Positions 40,794 through 49,955 of a DNA stretch of 64,000 nucleotides are shown piece by piece. Below the pieces are notes generated by a model. That model saw nothing but the letters and a program-made list of their open reading frames with translations, made no database searches and was not told the DNA's origin. Location: contig OZ242029.1 of the NCBI GenBank assembly GCA_965205015.1, positions 5,504,001-5,568,000 on the forward strand, read 5' to 3'. The translations under genes were made by a program, and so were the position numbers. How positions within the stretch are numbered: the first letter of the stretch is position 1; every line of letters starts with the position of its first letter. The stretch comes from Candidatus Poribacteria bacterium. Lineage in GTDB: Bacteria > Poribacteria > WGA-4E > WGA-3G.

Positions 40794-40818
40794 GGGTGGG
40801 GTGACCCACCCTTTCTTT
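40794..40818 (+). terminator. Intrinsic terminator
   Basis: GGGTGGG-GTGA-CCCACCC-TTTCTTT. Confidence 0.65.
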
Positions 40819-40944
40819 CTATAGGAACAGGTTGCAAACCACAACTCTCTTGCAGCCTTAATTCAAATAAAGTTTCAACCATCAGCGTTGAAGTTGAAGA
40901 GGCGCGATCGAGAGATCGTCCCTACACATAAGGGGATTAAACTT

Positions 40945-41289
40945 ATGCGTCAGTTAAACGTGAGCCTGCTATTCGTTTGCTTGGCAGCACTGCTGTTTGT
41001 GTTCGCGTGCGCAGACACAGCAAAGAAAGAGGCAGAAGAGGCAGCACCCGCGCAAACAGCAGCACCAGCCATTGAAGAAGTAACGCTGGCTGTGACCGGT
41101 ATGACATGAGGCGCGTGTACCAGCAAAGTGCAGGATGCACTCACAAAGCTTACCGGTGTGACTGAGGTCGTCAGTGTTTCTATGGAAGAAAATAAGGCTG
41201 TGGTGAAAATTGAGAAGGACAAGGTTGAGAAAGACGCGCTCGTGAAAGCGGTTACAGACGTAGGTTTCAGCGCGCAAGTCGCTAACTAA
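40945..41289 (+). CDS. HMA selenoprotein lipoprotein 2; UGA 41107-41109 = Sec
   Basis: VTLAVTGMT-U-GACTSKVQDALTKLTGVTEV...AVTDVGFSAQVAN; frame open to TAA 41287-89; VFAC lipobox. Confidence 0.88.
41127..41141 (+). promoter_or_regulatory. SECIS-like hairpin
   Basis: AGTGCA-GGA-TGCACT, same offset as in the paralog. Confidence 0.7.
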
Positions 41290-41324
41290 TTTTAATTTTA
41301 CCTTAGCTTAAAACCCTATTAGAG

Positions 41325-41357
41325 AAAAAAAATGCGAGGTTGTACCTCGCATTTTTT
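41325..41357. terminator. Bidirectional intrinsic terminator
   Basis: A-run-TGCGAGGT-TGT-ACCTCGCA-T-run between convergent genes. Confidence 0.8.
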
Positions 41358-41387
41358 GTTTTCTCCAGAAATTATCCGATGTCTCAA

Positions 41388-42251
41388 CTACTGTCCCTTA
41401 TTCGCATAAAGCGGATCATCCAGCAGGGACTGCACCTCGTAGATGGAGCCTTTCAACTCTGCGTAGGGTTCCGGCATACGCACAGGTGCAGCGACCATCC
41501 GTGGCTGATTCGTCGGCTCGCCACGGATAATCGTGTCGTTGAAAGTCTCCCAATCCGGAATGCCCTTCAGGGGCCACGCATCTACAGCACAGTATTGGGC
41601 AAGCATCAAGCGGCGCGGTTTGTCTGAGGTATTCGGGGCAGAGCCGTGCAGTGCCCGAACGTGATGGATCGTGATACCACCCGCCTTCAACTCAACAGGT
41701 TCAGCACCTTCCGGTGTGAAATCGGGGTCAGTAACCGCACCGATAAAAGCACCGTCCTGGTGATGGTCTAACGTCGGTCCCTTGTGGGAACCGGGAAGTA
41801 TCATCAACGCCCCGTTCTCTACAGTCATATCGTCAATCACGACCCCGACTGCAAGCAGATCGTCGTTGGTGTGCGGATAGAACGCCCAGTCCTGATGCCA
41901 TTCAACCGGACTTCCGAACTCCGGATACTTCATGTTCAATTTATGTCCATTATACCGAACCCCCGGTCCGATGAGTTGCTCCACAATATCCAAAATATTG
42001 GGGTGCCGTAAGGCGTAATCGTAAACGACGTGGTGTAGCCCCGGATTCTTGATACGCCGCACGCGCGGGTTCGCCGGCGTATGCCCCGGTTCCAAGTCGA
42101 AGATGTCGGTATGTTCGGTGACTTCTCTCGATTTTTCGACGAATTCATCGGTGACGCGTTGGAGATCGGCGACCTCTTCTGCTGTCAACACCGCTTCAAC
42201 GCCGAGGTAACCCTTCTCGTCGTAAAAATCACGTTGTTCTTGTGTGAGCAT
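41388..42251 (-). CDS. PhyH family dioxygenase
   Basis: VEWHQD, ENGALMILPGSHK, LHGSAPNTS. Confidence 0.9.
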   Translation of the reverse strand: MLTQEQRDFYDEKGYLGVEAVLTAEEVADLQRVTDEFVEKSREVTEHTDIFDLEPGHTPANPRVRRIKNPGLHHVVYDYALRHPNILDIVEQLIGPGVRYNGHKLNMKYPEFGSPVEWHQDWAFYPHTNDDLLAVGVVIDDMTVENGALMILPGSHKGPTLDHHQDGAFIGAVTDPDFTPEGAEPVELKAGGITIHHVRALHGSAPNTSDKPRRLMLAQYCAVDAWPLKGIPDWETFNDTIIRGEPTNQPRMVAAPVRMPEPYAELKGSIYEVQSLLDDPLYANKGQ

Positions 42252-42308
42252 TATCCTGCTCCTCCTAAGGAAGTGATATTGTTATTATACGTCAAAACGA
42301 TAAAAATT

Positions 42309-43475
42309 TCAACCCTTAATTAACAATTTCTCATAAACATTTTGTACCTTCCGGACATGCATTTCAACGCCGAACGCTGCTTCAGCATATTTTCTTGCCT
42401 GTTGCCCCATACGTACGCTTCGGGTCGGATTCTTGACGAGTTCAACAATTTTATCTGCAATTCCGTCTATGGGGTCTAACGGCACAATGTATCCTGTTTT
42501 ACCGTGAACAATCATTTCAGGCAGGCTCGGAGACTGCCATTCCAGTTGCAGATCTACAACGTATCCTGTTTCACCGTGGACAATCATTTCAGCAGTACTG
42601 CCAACCGGGGTTCCGATGACAGGCTTACCTGCCGCCATCGCCTCGGCGATGACACTCCCCGCTGAAAGGGTTACGAGTAGATCGAGCTCTTGCATCGCCT
42701 TGGGCATATCGGTGCGGTGCCCTGTGAAGCGAACACGTTCCTGTAACCCATATTTGGCTATCAATTGACGGACCTCTTGTTCATAGGTTCGATGCTCCGG
42801 TGTCCCCAGCGTGCCCCCGATAATACGAAACCTAACCCCCTTGCACTGTGCCGCGACCTTGGCGGCTATCTCAACGAACGCTTTCTGACGTTTGAAGGGT
42901 TCAATCCTACCGACAATACCGACGACATATTCCGCCGAGTGAACGGGATCAGAAACGGGTTGAAAAGCCGATACGTCAACACAATTATGGACGACCTCAA
43001 TTTTTTGGGGGGCAATCCCTGCTTGAATCAGTGGAACACTGCTCTGCTCCGAGATAGCGATGATACTGTCCATCCGGGCGAATTTGTATTTTCGGACTTG
43101 GGTCAGCGTAAGGAGATTCCGCACATGCGAAACGACAGGAATTTTCAACTGTTTTCTAACCGACCATAGATACGGGTTGAACCACGAGTCGGACGTATGG
43201 ATTAGGCATGTGTTGTGCGTTTCGGCAAGTGAAACTAACTTTCTGACGGCACTGTACCTCGCTACCCATGATTTCGCCTTTCGCCACGGCGGAAGATCGA
43301 GAATCACCGTCGGAATATCTATCCCCCTTAAGTGTTCAGCGAAAACACCATCATCAGGGCAAACAACAAGCGGACGATAGCGCGTTCGATCCATATTTTC
43401 GACGAGATAAGCAAGTTGCTTCTCACCGCCACCGATGCTCGAACCACAATGGCTGAGGTAAAGTATCGAAATCAT
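42309..43475 (-). CDS. Glycosyltransferase family 4
   Basis: GGGEKQ, VGRIEPFKRQ, EAMAAGKPVI. Confidence 0.88.
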   Translation of the reverse strand: MISILYLSHCGSSIGGGEKQLAYLVENMDRTRYRPLVVCPDDGVFAEHLRGIDIPTVILDLPPWRKAKSWVARYSAVRKLVSLAETHNTCLIHTSDSWFNPYLWSVRKQLKIPVVSHVRNLLTLTQVRKYKFARMDSIIAISEQSSVPLIQAGIAPQKIEVVHNCVDVSAFQPVSDPVHSAEYVVGIVGRIEPFKRQKAFVEIAAKVAAQCKGVRFRIIGGTLGTPEHRTYEQEVRQLIAKYGLQERVRFTGHRTDMPKAMQELDLLVTLSAGSVIAEAMAAGKPVIGTPVGSTAEMIVHGETGYVVDLQLEWQSPSLPEMIVHGKTGYIVPLDPIDGIADKIVELVKNPTRSVRMGQQARKYAEAAFGVEMHVRKVQNVYEKLLIKG

Positions 43476-43487
43476 CCCTTCAAAGGT

Positions 43488-44063
43488 TCATACGTCAAAT
43501 TTGACGCGTCTATAAATAGCATGCAAGGGCAGTTCACAATGGATTGAAACAAGTGGCAATACCTGTTCTAACAAACAAAATTCGGTCTCTATCCACTGGA
43601 GTCCTTGGCGAAGATAGTGCTCAACACACACCCTGTCTTGTGAGATAAGGAGATACTCTTGCAAGGACGTAAGTTGCTTATAACGCTCAAATTTTTCATT
43701 TCTGTCATACGCTGCGGTGGAAGGAGAAAGCACCTCCACAACGACAGTCGGATTGAGTAATGTGTCGAACTCGTCATCTTCAAAGCGCGGTTCATCACAC
43801 ACAACGACAACATCTGGGTAAATGTAAGATGCTGGTTGGTGAGTCCGGACCCGCATGTCGCTGGCATAAACCTCACATTCCTGATTTATTAATTGATTGT
43901 AAAACTGGTTCGCCGTATTCATCGTGATAAGATTATGCGAGCGACTTGCTCCAGGCATTGCGATCCTCTTTCCACTCAAGTATTCACTTTTCGTAGCTGC
44001 CTTGCGTTCCAAAATGAGGTATTGTTCAGGTGTCAGGCGAGTCTGGACTGCGACAGATGACAT
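43488..44063 (-). CDS. Uma2 family endonuclease
   Basis: YPDVVVVC, LLNPTVVVEVLSPST, LQEYLLISQD. Confidence 0.88.
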   Translation of the reverse strand: MSSVAVQTRLTPEQYLILERKAATKSEYLSGKRIAMPGASRSHNLITMNTANQFYNQLINQECEVYASDMRVRTHQPASYIYPDVVVVCDEPRFEDDEFDTLLNPTVVVEVLSPSTAAYDRNEKFERYKQLTSLQEYLLISQDRVCVEHYLRQGLQWIETEFCLLEQVLPLVSIHCELPLHAIYRRVKFDV

Positions 44064-44136
44064 GATGCTCTCCGTGAATTTGTCTTTGCTTTAAGCACAA
44101 CTGAAAACCAAACTTATGAAAAGAACGCTGTAAACG

Positions 44137-45132
44137 CTACACAGGAAAATCAAGGTGCTGATCCCGGAAAACCTGACTCACCGATCGGTGTTGATGGACT
44201 CTCAGTATGGCTTGGGAGAGGAGGGGTGCGATAGAAAGCACTTTAACCTTCCCATCAAGTTGCTTTTCAGCAGGAACAGGAATCGTATTGGTGGTAACCA
44301 CTTCGCGAATTGCGGGATGACTGAGCCGTTCCAACGCTGGACCCACCAATATAGGGTGTGCGATACACACATAAGCGGGTTCCGCCCCCGCCTCTGCCAA
44401 GGCGATGGCTTGTTGACGAATCGTTCCCCCTGTTTGTATTTCATCGTCGGTAATAATTGGGGTTTTGCCTTTGACATCTCCAACAAGCTCGACGAACTTA
44501 ACGCCCTGTCCATCAATGCCGGTTCGCCGCTTGTGCATGATGGCTAACGGGAGTCCAAGAATATCCGCATATTTTTCTGCTAATTTGGCGCGACCTGCAT
44601 CAGGGGCAACAATTACACCATTTTCAACCTGCTTCTCGCGGAAGTAATTCGTCAAGGTCGTTAGGGCAGTCAAGTGATCCATAGGGATATCAAAGAAGCC
44701 CTGTATCTGCGGTACGTGTAGATCGATAGCCATGACGCGACTCGCCCCAGCGGTGGTCAAGAGATTCGCCACGAGTTTTGCACTGATCGGTTCGCGCCCT
44801 GTCGTTTTGTGATCTTGGCGTGAGTATCCAAAGTATGGAATAATCGCGGTAATCTGCCGGGCTGATGCGCGTTTCATGGCATCGATCGTGATGAGCAGTT
44901 CCATCAGATTTTCGTTGGCAGGTTGACTCGTTGGCTGCACAACATAAATATCGGTGCCTCGGATACTTTCCTCAATCTGAACGCGAGTCTCCAGGTTGGG
45001 AAACGGCTCAATTGTAATTTTACCGAGCTCAACACCTAACATCGCAGCGATATCTTTTGCCAACGCCGGGTTCGCGCTGCCAGCGAATAGCCTGAAATCG
45101 TCGTTAACTTGCTGATCAATCAGTGGGGACAT
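44137..45132 (-). CDS. prs: Ribose-phosphate pyrophosphokinase
   Basis: PYFGYSRQD, DLHVPQIQGFFD, VAPDAG, VTTNTIP. Confidence 0.95.
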   Translation of the reverse strand: MSPLIDQQVNDDFRLFAGSANPALAKDIAAMLGVELGKITIEPFPNLETRVQIEESIRGTDIYVVQPTSQPANENLMELLITIDAMKRASARQITAIIPYFGYSRQDHKTTGREPISAKLVANLLTTAGASRVMAIDLHVPQIQGFFDIPMDHLTALTTLTNYFREKQVENGVIVAPDAGRAKLAEKYADILGLPLAIMHKRRTGIDGQGVKFVELVGDVKGKTPIITDDEIQTGGTIRQQAIALAEAGAEPAYVCIAHPILVGPALERLSHPAIREVVTTNTIPVPAEKQLDGKVKVLSIAPLLSQAILRVHQHRSVSQVFRDQHLDFPV

Positions 45133-45230
45133 GCCAAAACCTCCTTATACCCAATTATTTTATTTTTCACATATTGCTCCGCTCGAGCATAAACCGTAAA
45201 TCCTCTACATTTTGTCAGGTTGTGTGTATC

Positions 45231-45548
45231 CTATGTAAAGATACCCATCAAGATCCACCCGATCATGAAGCCAACCGGAACAACACAACCGATTATAGAC
45301 TGCCGTATTTGAATTTTTCGACTCTTCGCTTTGTAACTATCCGTATACAAAGCCGCGTGTTCAGGTGATTCCCCAAGGAGCCGTGAGGCAGGTGGGGTAG
45401 GTTCATAGATAGATGCGATAATAATACCGAGTATGTTCCCCAAAAAACCGATGAAAAACCATGTCACCTTTTTGGCATCGGATTCCGCATCTCGTTCAGC
45501 CGTTAGATAGGCTTGTGCTGTGGTGGGTTGTAGTTGTTGGTCATTCAT
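45231..45548 (-). CDS. Small two-TM hypothetical protein
   Basis: 105 aa ORF; GGAGG RBS; two hydrophobic segments. Confidence 0.6.
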   Translation of the reverse strand: MNDQQLQPTTAQAYLTAERDAESDAKKVTWFFIGFLGNILGIIIASIYEPTPPASRLLGESPEHAALYTDSYKAKSRKIQIRQSIIGCVVPVGFMIGWILMGIFT

Positions 45549-45581
45549 TGAGAGCCTCCGCTTTACAATGTGTGAACGCTA

Positions 45582-47204
45582 CTATGGCACTAAGGATTCA
45601 CCTGTCATTTCAGAGGGTTGTGCCAATCCGAGGAGGTGGAGCGTTGTTGGTGCAATGTCGGCAAGCCGCCCGCCTTCACGGAGTTGCTGTCCTTTGCGTT
45701 GATTATCAACAACGATGAGGTCTACGTCGTATGTAGTATGTGCGGTATGAATACCACCGGTCTCTGGATCAACCATCTGCTCACAATTCCCGTGGTCGGC
45801 GGTGACGATGAGCGCACCGTCCTTTTTAAGCACGGCATCAACGATTTTTCCGACCCCTATATCAACTGCTTCAACCGCTTTGATAGCAGCCGAAAGTGAG
45901 CCTGTATGCCCAACCATGTCGCCGTTGGCGTAGTTGAGGACCATCAAATCATACGTATCGGCAGCGATTCGACGCAACATCTCCGTCGTCACCCCCGGTG
46001 CGGACATCTCCGGTTTTTGATCGTAGGTCGTCACATCGCGTGGAGAAGCGATGATTTGACGATCTTCGCCTGTATACGGTTCATCTCGGTAATCGTTGAA
46101 AAAGAAGGTAACGTGTGGAAATTTCTCAGTCTCTGCACATCGGAACTGTGTGAGTCCCATCTCGCTGACGTAAGCACCGAGTGTGTTCCGCATTTTGGGA
46201 GGCTTTTTGACAGCCGCTTCAACCGGCATCCCCCGCTCATACTCGGTCATTGTGACAAATTTAACGTCAGGTTTGTGATTCCGTTTAAAGCCCATTTGTC
46301 GTGTAACACCGTCTTTTCCTTCTGCCTGAAATGGGAATTCATCCAGACAAAAGGCTTTCGTAAGTTCTCGAGGGCGGTCCCCCCGGAAGTTATAGAAAAC
46401 GACAGCATCGCCGTTAATGATACGCGGAAGCGGTTTACCGTCGCTCCCTACAACGACCGACGGACGGACGAATTCATCGCCTTTACGGTTGGTGTCATCA
46501 GGAGTGTTGTAATAGTCACGATAGGCATCTGTAGCGGCAGCGACGCGGTTGTCACACCCCTCAGTTAAAAGGCGATACGCCACCTCAACCCGTTCCCACC
46601 GATCATCTCGATCCATTGCGTAATAGCGCCCGATAACCGAGGCTATTTGTCCAATACCTATCTCTTTCAATTTCGCTTCAATCTGCTCACAGAATTGGAT
46701 ACCGAGGTCGGGCTGACAGTCGCGCCCGTCACTGAAATTGTGAATTAAAACTTGGTTAGATTCGAGTCCGTTTGTCTTGGCGAGCGTGAGCAGTCCATAG
46801 AGGTGTTCAAGTGAACTGTGAACGCCGGCATCGCTTGCTAACCCTATGAGATGGAGATGTGTTCCGTGCTTTTTGGCATGGGCGATTGCGTCCAAAAGCA
46901 CTTGATTCTGAGCAAACTCGCCGGAGCGGATCATGGTGCTGATACGGAGGAGTTCTTGGTTCACGATGCGTCCTGCCCCGATGTTCTGATGTCCGACTTC
47001 ACTGTTGCCGATGACACCCGCGGGTAAACCGACATTTTCGCCGGAGGTATGGATTTGGACGTTCGGATAGTTCTGGTGCAGCCAGTCATCTACGGGTGTT
47101 TTTGCGAGATGAACGGCGTTCGCGTGCTGAAATTCGGGATACGGATTATTGCCCCAGCCGTCTCGAATGATGAGAACGACGGGGCGTTTCTGCTGGGATG
47201 TCAT
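45582..47204 (-). CDS. gpmI: 2,3-bisphosphoglycerate-independent phosphoglycerate mutase
   Basis: GNSEVGH, GRYYAMDRD, AETEKFPHVTFF, DMVGHTG, TADHGN. Confidence 0.97.
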   Translation of the reverse strand: MTSQQKRPVVLIIRDGWGNNPYPEFQHANAVHLAKTPVDDWLHQNYPNVQIHTSGENVGLPAGVIGNSEVGHQNIGAGRIVNQELLRISTMIRSGEFAQNQVLLDAIAHAKKHGTHLHLIGLASDAGVHSSLEHLYGLLTLAKTNGLESNQVLIHNFSDGRDCQPDLGIQFCEQIEAKLKEIGIGQIASVIGRYYAMDRDDRWERVEVAYRLLTEGCDNRVAAATDAYRDYYNTPDDTNRKGDEFVRPSVVVGSDGKPLPRIINGDAVVFYNFRGDRPRELTKAFCLDEFPFQAEGKDGVTRQMGFKRNHKPDVKFVTMTEYERGMPVEAAVKKPPKMRNTLGAYVSEMGLTQFRCAETEKFPHVTFFFNDYRDEPYTGEDRQIIASPRDVTTYDQKPEMSAPGVTTEMLRRIAADTYDLMVLNYANGDMVGHTGSLSAAIKAVEAVDIGVGKIVDAVLKKDGALIVTADHGNCEQMVDPETGGIHTAHTTYDVDLIVVDNQRKGQQLREGGRLADIAPTTLHLLGLAQPSEMTGESLVP

Positions 47205-47264
47205 GTAAATTCCTTCTTAATTGCCAATAGATGTGAAATTCCGTTTTAATCATGCTATACTGTT

Positions 47265-47843
47265 TTATGAGGCGTTGAACATGACGCGTCTGTAGATGGC
47301 ACGCAAGGGCAGCGTGCATTCAATTGAAGCAAGTGGTAGCATATCTTCAAGATGTTCAAAGGTATTGTGGATCCATTGGGAACCTTGGCGACGGTAGTGT
47401 TCAACACGCACGTTGTTCTGTGAAACGAGGATATATTCTTGCAAAGATGCGATCTGCTTATAATGTTCAAATTTTTCACCGCGGTCAAACGCTGCGGTTG
47501 AGGGAGACAGCACTTCTATGACAAGCATCGGATTGAGGAGCGTATCAAAGGTGTTATCCTCAAAACGGGGTTCACCACAAACAACAATAACATCCGGATA
47601 GAAGTAGGATATCTCCGGGCTCGTCCGCACACGCATCTCGCTGGCGAAGACTTCACACTCACTATTCATTAATTGGTTGCCCAGTTGGATTGTTATGTCT
47701 ACCGTAATGCGGTTATGCGAGCGACTTGCCCCAGACATCGCGATTATCTGTCCATTGTAGTATTCGTTTTTAAAGGGCTGCTTGCGTTCCCAAGCGAGGT
47801 ATTCCTCGGAAGTTAGATGTGTTTGTGCAGTAAGTGTTGACAT
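47265..47843 (-). CDS. Uma2 family endonuclease
   Basis: Close paralog of 43488..44063 (GASRSHN, FDTLLNP, EVLSPSTAA). Confidence 0.88.
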   Translation of the reverse strand: MSTLTAQTHLTSEEYLAWERKQPFKNEYYNGQIIAMSGASRSHNRITVDITIQLGNQLMNSECEVFASEMRVRTSPEISYFYPDVIVVCGEPRFEDNTFDTLLNPMLVIEVLSPSTAAFDRGEKFEHYKQIASLQEYILVSQNNVRVEHYRRQGSQWIHNTFEHLEDMLPLASIECTLPLRAIYRRVMFNAS

Positions 47844-47907
47844 GCGTGTCTCCGTAAATCTACCTTTTTGTCAAATTATTTTAACAAATTTTTAAGGAAA
47901 AATCAAG

Positions 47908-49173
47908 ATGTCATTCAAATCTATCTTCATTTCTGTTTTTTTGGGGACATCCCTGATTGTCGTCGCCCTGATTTTCAATGCGAAACGTCCGATTACGGAA
48001 ACCAGTCAACCCAGTGCCGATTTTGTGCGAGCGACAGGAAAGTGTGCAGCGTGCCACCGCCGCGAGACAGCGGCAATTATTCACCAATTTGAACGCAGTG
48101 AGCACGCAAAAGAGGGTGTCACCTGCTTAGATTGCCACAGAGCCGTCGAAAATCAAGAAACACAAGCACACAAAGGGTTTACTATCGCCAAACATCTGAC
48201 GGCGAAGAATTGCAGTGAATGCCACGCAACGGAGTATACGCAATTTCTCCGAAGTCGGCACGCGGCACCGGCTTGGGCAGCGGTGTCAGGCGCGAGAGAC
48301 TTCACTGCAGAACAGATCGCCTTCGCTGAGAAATACCATAAAGGCGCCGTAAATCGTCCTGCAAATCAACTGGCGGTCACGGAAGGCGAAAGTGCAATTA
48401 ACGTCGGATGTTTGGGATGCCATGATATAGGTAAACCAAACGCTGATGGCTCTATCGGCACTTGTACAGCATGCCATGCCCGTCACTCCAGCTCTATCGC
48501 TTTGGCACGGGAACCGGAAACTTGCGGACAATGCCACATGGGACCAGACCACGCACAAATTGAAATCTATCACGAATCTAAGCACGGGGTGCTTTACAAC
48601 GCCCAGAAAGCGGATATGAATCTCAAAGCACCTCCGAAAACACTCACCACAGCGGATATGTCGGTCCCAACATGTGTGACATGCCACTTAAGCGGTTTAG
48701 ACGGATTGAATGTGACGCACGATACAACCGAAAGACTCTCATATTGGCTATTTGCAGCTGTCTCCGACAAACGCCCGACCTATCAACAGGGACAAGATAC
48801 AATGCAGGAGACCTGTTTAAAGTGCCATGCGCGGTCGCAAGTCGAAAAATTTTATCAGGAAGCTGAAGGTGTTGTCGCGGATACCAACGAAAAAATTAGA
48901 GAAGCGACAGCGTTGATGAAATCTCTTCGTGAAGATGGATTACTGACCGAAACCCCTTTTGATGAACCCATCGAATTCCTCTACTTTGATCTTTGGCACT
49001 ACTATGGTCGAACCGCCAAACACGGTGCATTTATGGGAGGTGCCGACTTTGTTCAATGGCACGGGAATTATGAACTTTTGCTAAAAATGACGGAGTTGAA
49101 AAAAATTGCCGGAGAACTTAGGGAATCGCGATTCGGAGATCGCTCCTACCGAGGGGACAATGAAAAACCGTAA
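47908..49173 (+). CDS. Octaheme c-type cytochrome, hydroxylamine oxidoreductase-like
   Basis: Eight CxxCH motifs; CGQCHMGPDH...IYHESKHG; N-terminal anchor. Confidence 0.85.
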   Translation: MSFKSIFISVFLGTSLIVVALIFNAKRPITETSQPSADFVRATGKCAACHRRETAAIIHQFERSEHAKEGVTCLDCHRAVENQETQAHKGFTIAKHLTAKNCSECHATEYTQFLRSRHAAPAWAAVSGARDFTAEQIAFAEKYHKGAVNRPANQLAVTEGESAINVGCLGCHDIGKPNADGSIGTCTACHARHSSSIALAREPETCGQCHMGPDHAQIEIYHESKHGVLYNAQKADMNLKAPPKTLTTADMSVPTCVTCHLSGLDGLNVTHDTTERLSYWLFAAVSDKRPTYQQGQDTMQETCLKCHARSQVEKFYQEAEGVVADTNEKIREATALMKSLREDGLLTETPFDEPIEFLYFDLWHYYGRTAKHGAFMGGADFVQWHGNYELLLKMTELKKIAGELRESRFGDRSYRGDNEKP

Positions 49174-49948
49174 GGGGTTGGCTGCTAAATTACTCGACAT
49201 TTTCATTATCGCGAACCTCGCCTTTTTGGCACTTGACGTGTTCATTGCTCACGCCATAAACGCATTTGACCACTCCGCGGAATGGATCCCCTTCTACTTC
49301 TCATTAGGTGCGCCCGGACTCCTTGCATTCACTGTATTTACGAAAAAGAAACGGTGGCAACACTGGTGCAGGATCAGCGTTGGAGGGTGCTCTATTTGCA
49401 TCGGGGTTGCCGGAATGCTCTTTCATCTCAGCAGTCATTTTTTTTCCGACATGACCCTTAAAAACCTCGTTTATACAGCCCCTTTTGTAGCCCCGCTCGC
49501 TTTTACAGGGATAGGACTCCTTTTAATCATGAATAGTATGATCCACGATGGAAATTTAGAATGGGCACACTGGGTTGTATTTATGGCAGGATGCGGATGG
49601 TGCGGAAATTTCATCCTCTCCGTTTTCGATCATGCGCAAAACGGGTTCTTCAATCCAGCAGAGTGGTTACCCGTTTTCACAAGTGCCGTTGCTATTGGAT
49701 GTTTAACAACACTTTTTTTCGTCCCTCACCACCTCTTTTTCTTTAAATTCTGCGGCGTTGTATTAGGGATTAATTTCATCGTCGGGGTCGCTGGGTTCTT
49801 CTTTCACTTCGTAGCAGATTTGCAGGTGCCAGCGGTGGAGCGAATAGACAGATTCCTCTATGGAGCCCCTCTATTCGCTCCACTCCTGTTTCCAAACCTC
49901 TCGCTGCTCGCCACATTGGGTATTTGGAAATGGTCCAGCAGAAATTGA
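49160..49948 (+). CDS. Polytopic membrane partner of the octaheme cytochrome
   Basis: About 8 TM in two repeats (H..N.F....EW.P; G.AG..FH; AP..APL.F); start overlaps the cytochrome gene end. Confidence 0.7.
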   Translation: MKNRKGLAAKLLDIFIIANLAFLALDVFIAHAINAFDHSAEWIPFYFSLGAPGLLAFTVFTKKKRWQHWCRISVGGCSICIGVAGMLFHLSSHFFSDMTLKNLVYTAPFVAPLAFTGIGLLLIMNSMIHDGNLEWAHWVVFMAGCGWCGNFILSVFDHAQNGFFNPAEWLPVFTSAVAIGCLTTLFFVPHHLFFFKFCGVVLGINFIVGVAGFFFHFVADLQVPAVERIDRFLYGAPLFAPLLFPNLSLLATLGIWKWSSRN

Positions 49949-49955
49949 GGAGTTG

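Noticed and set aside
40386-41277. Minus-strand ORFs 40386..40733, 40950..41222 and 40969..41277
   Set aside because: Antisense shadows of the Sec-containing HMA genes, which have RBS, promoter, terminators and domain motifs
34951-41289. Genome-wide UGA reassignment (Trp/Gly) or pseudogenes as the explanation of the in-frame TGAs
   Set aside because: Other genes end normally at TGA (e.g. 38533, 42309, 43488) and use TGG for Trp; the three TGAs fall exactly on Cys-motif positions with downstream hairpins
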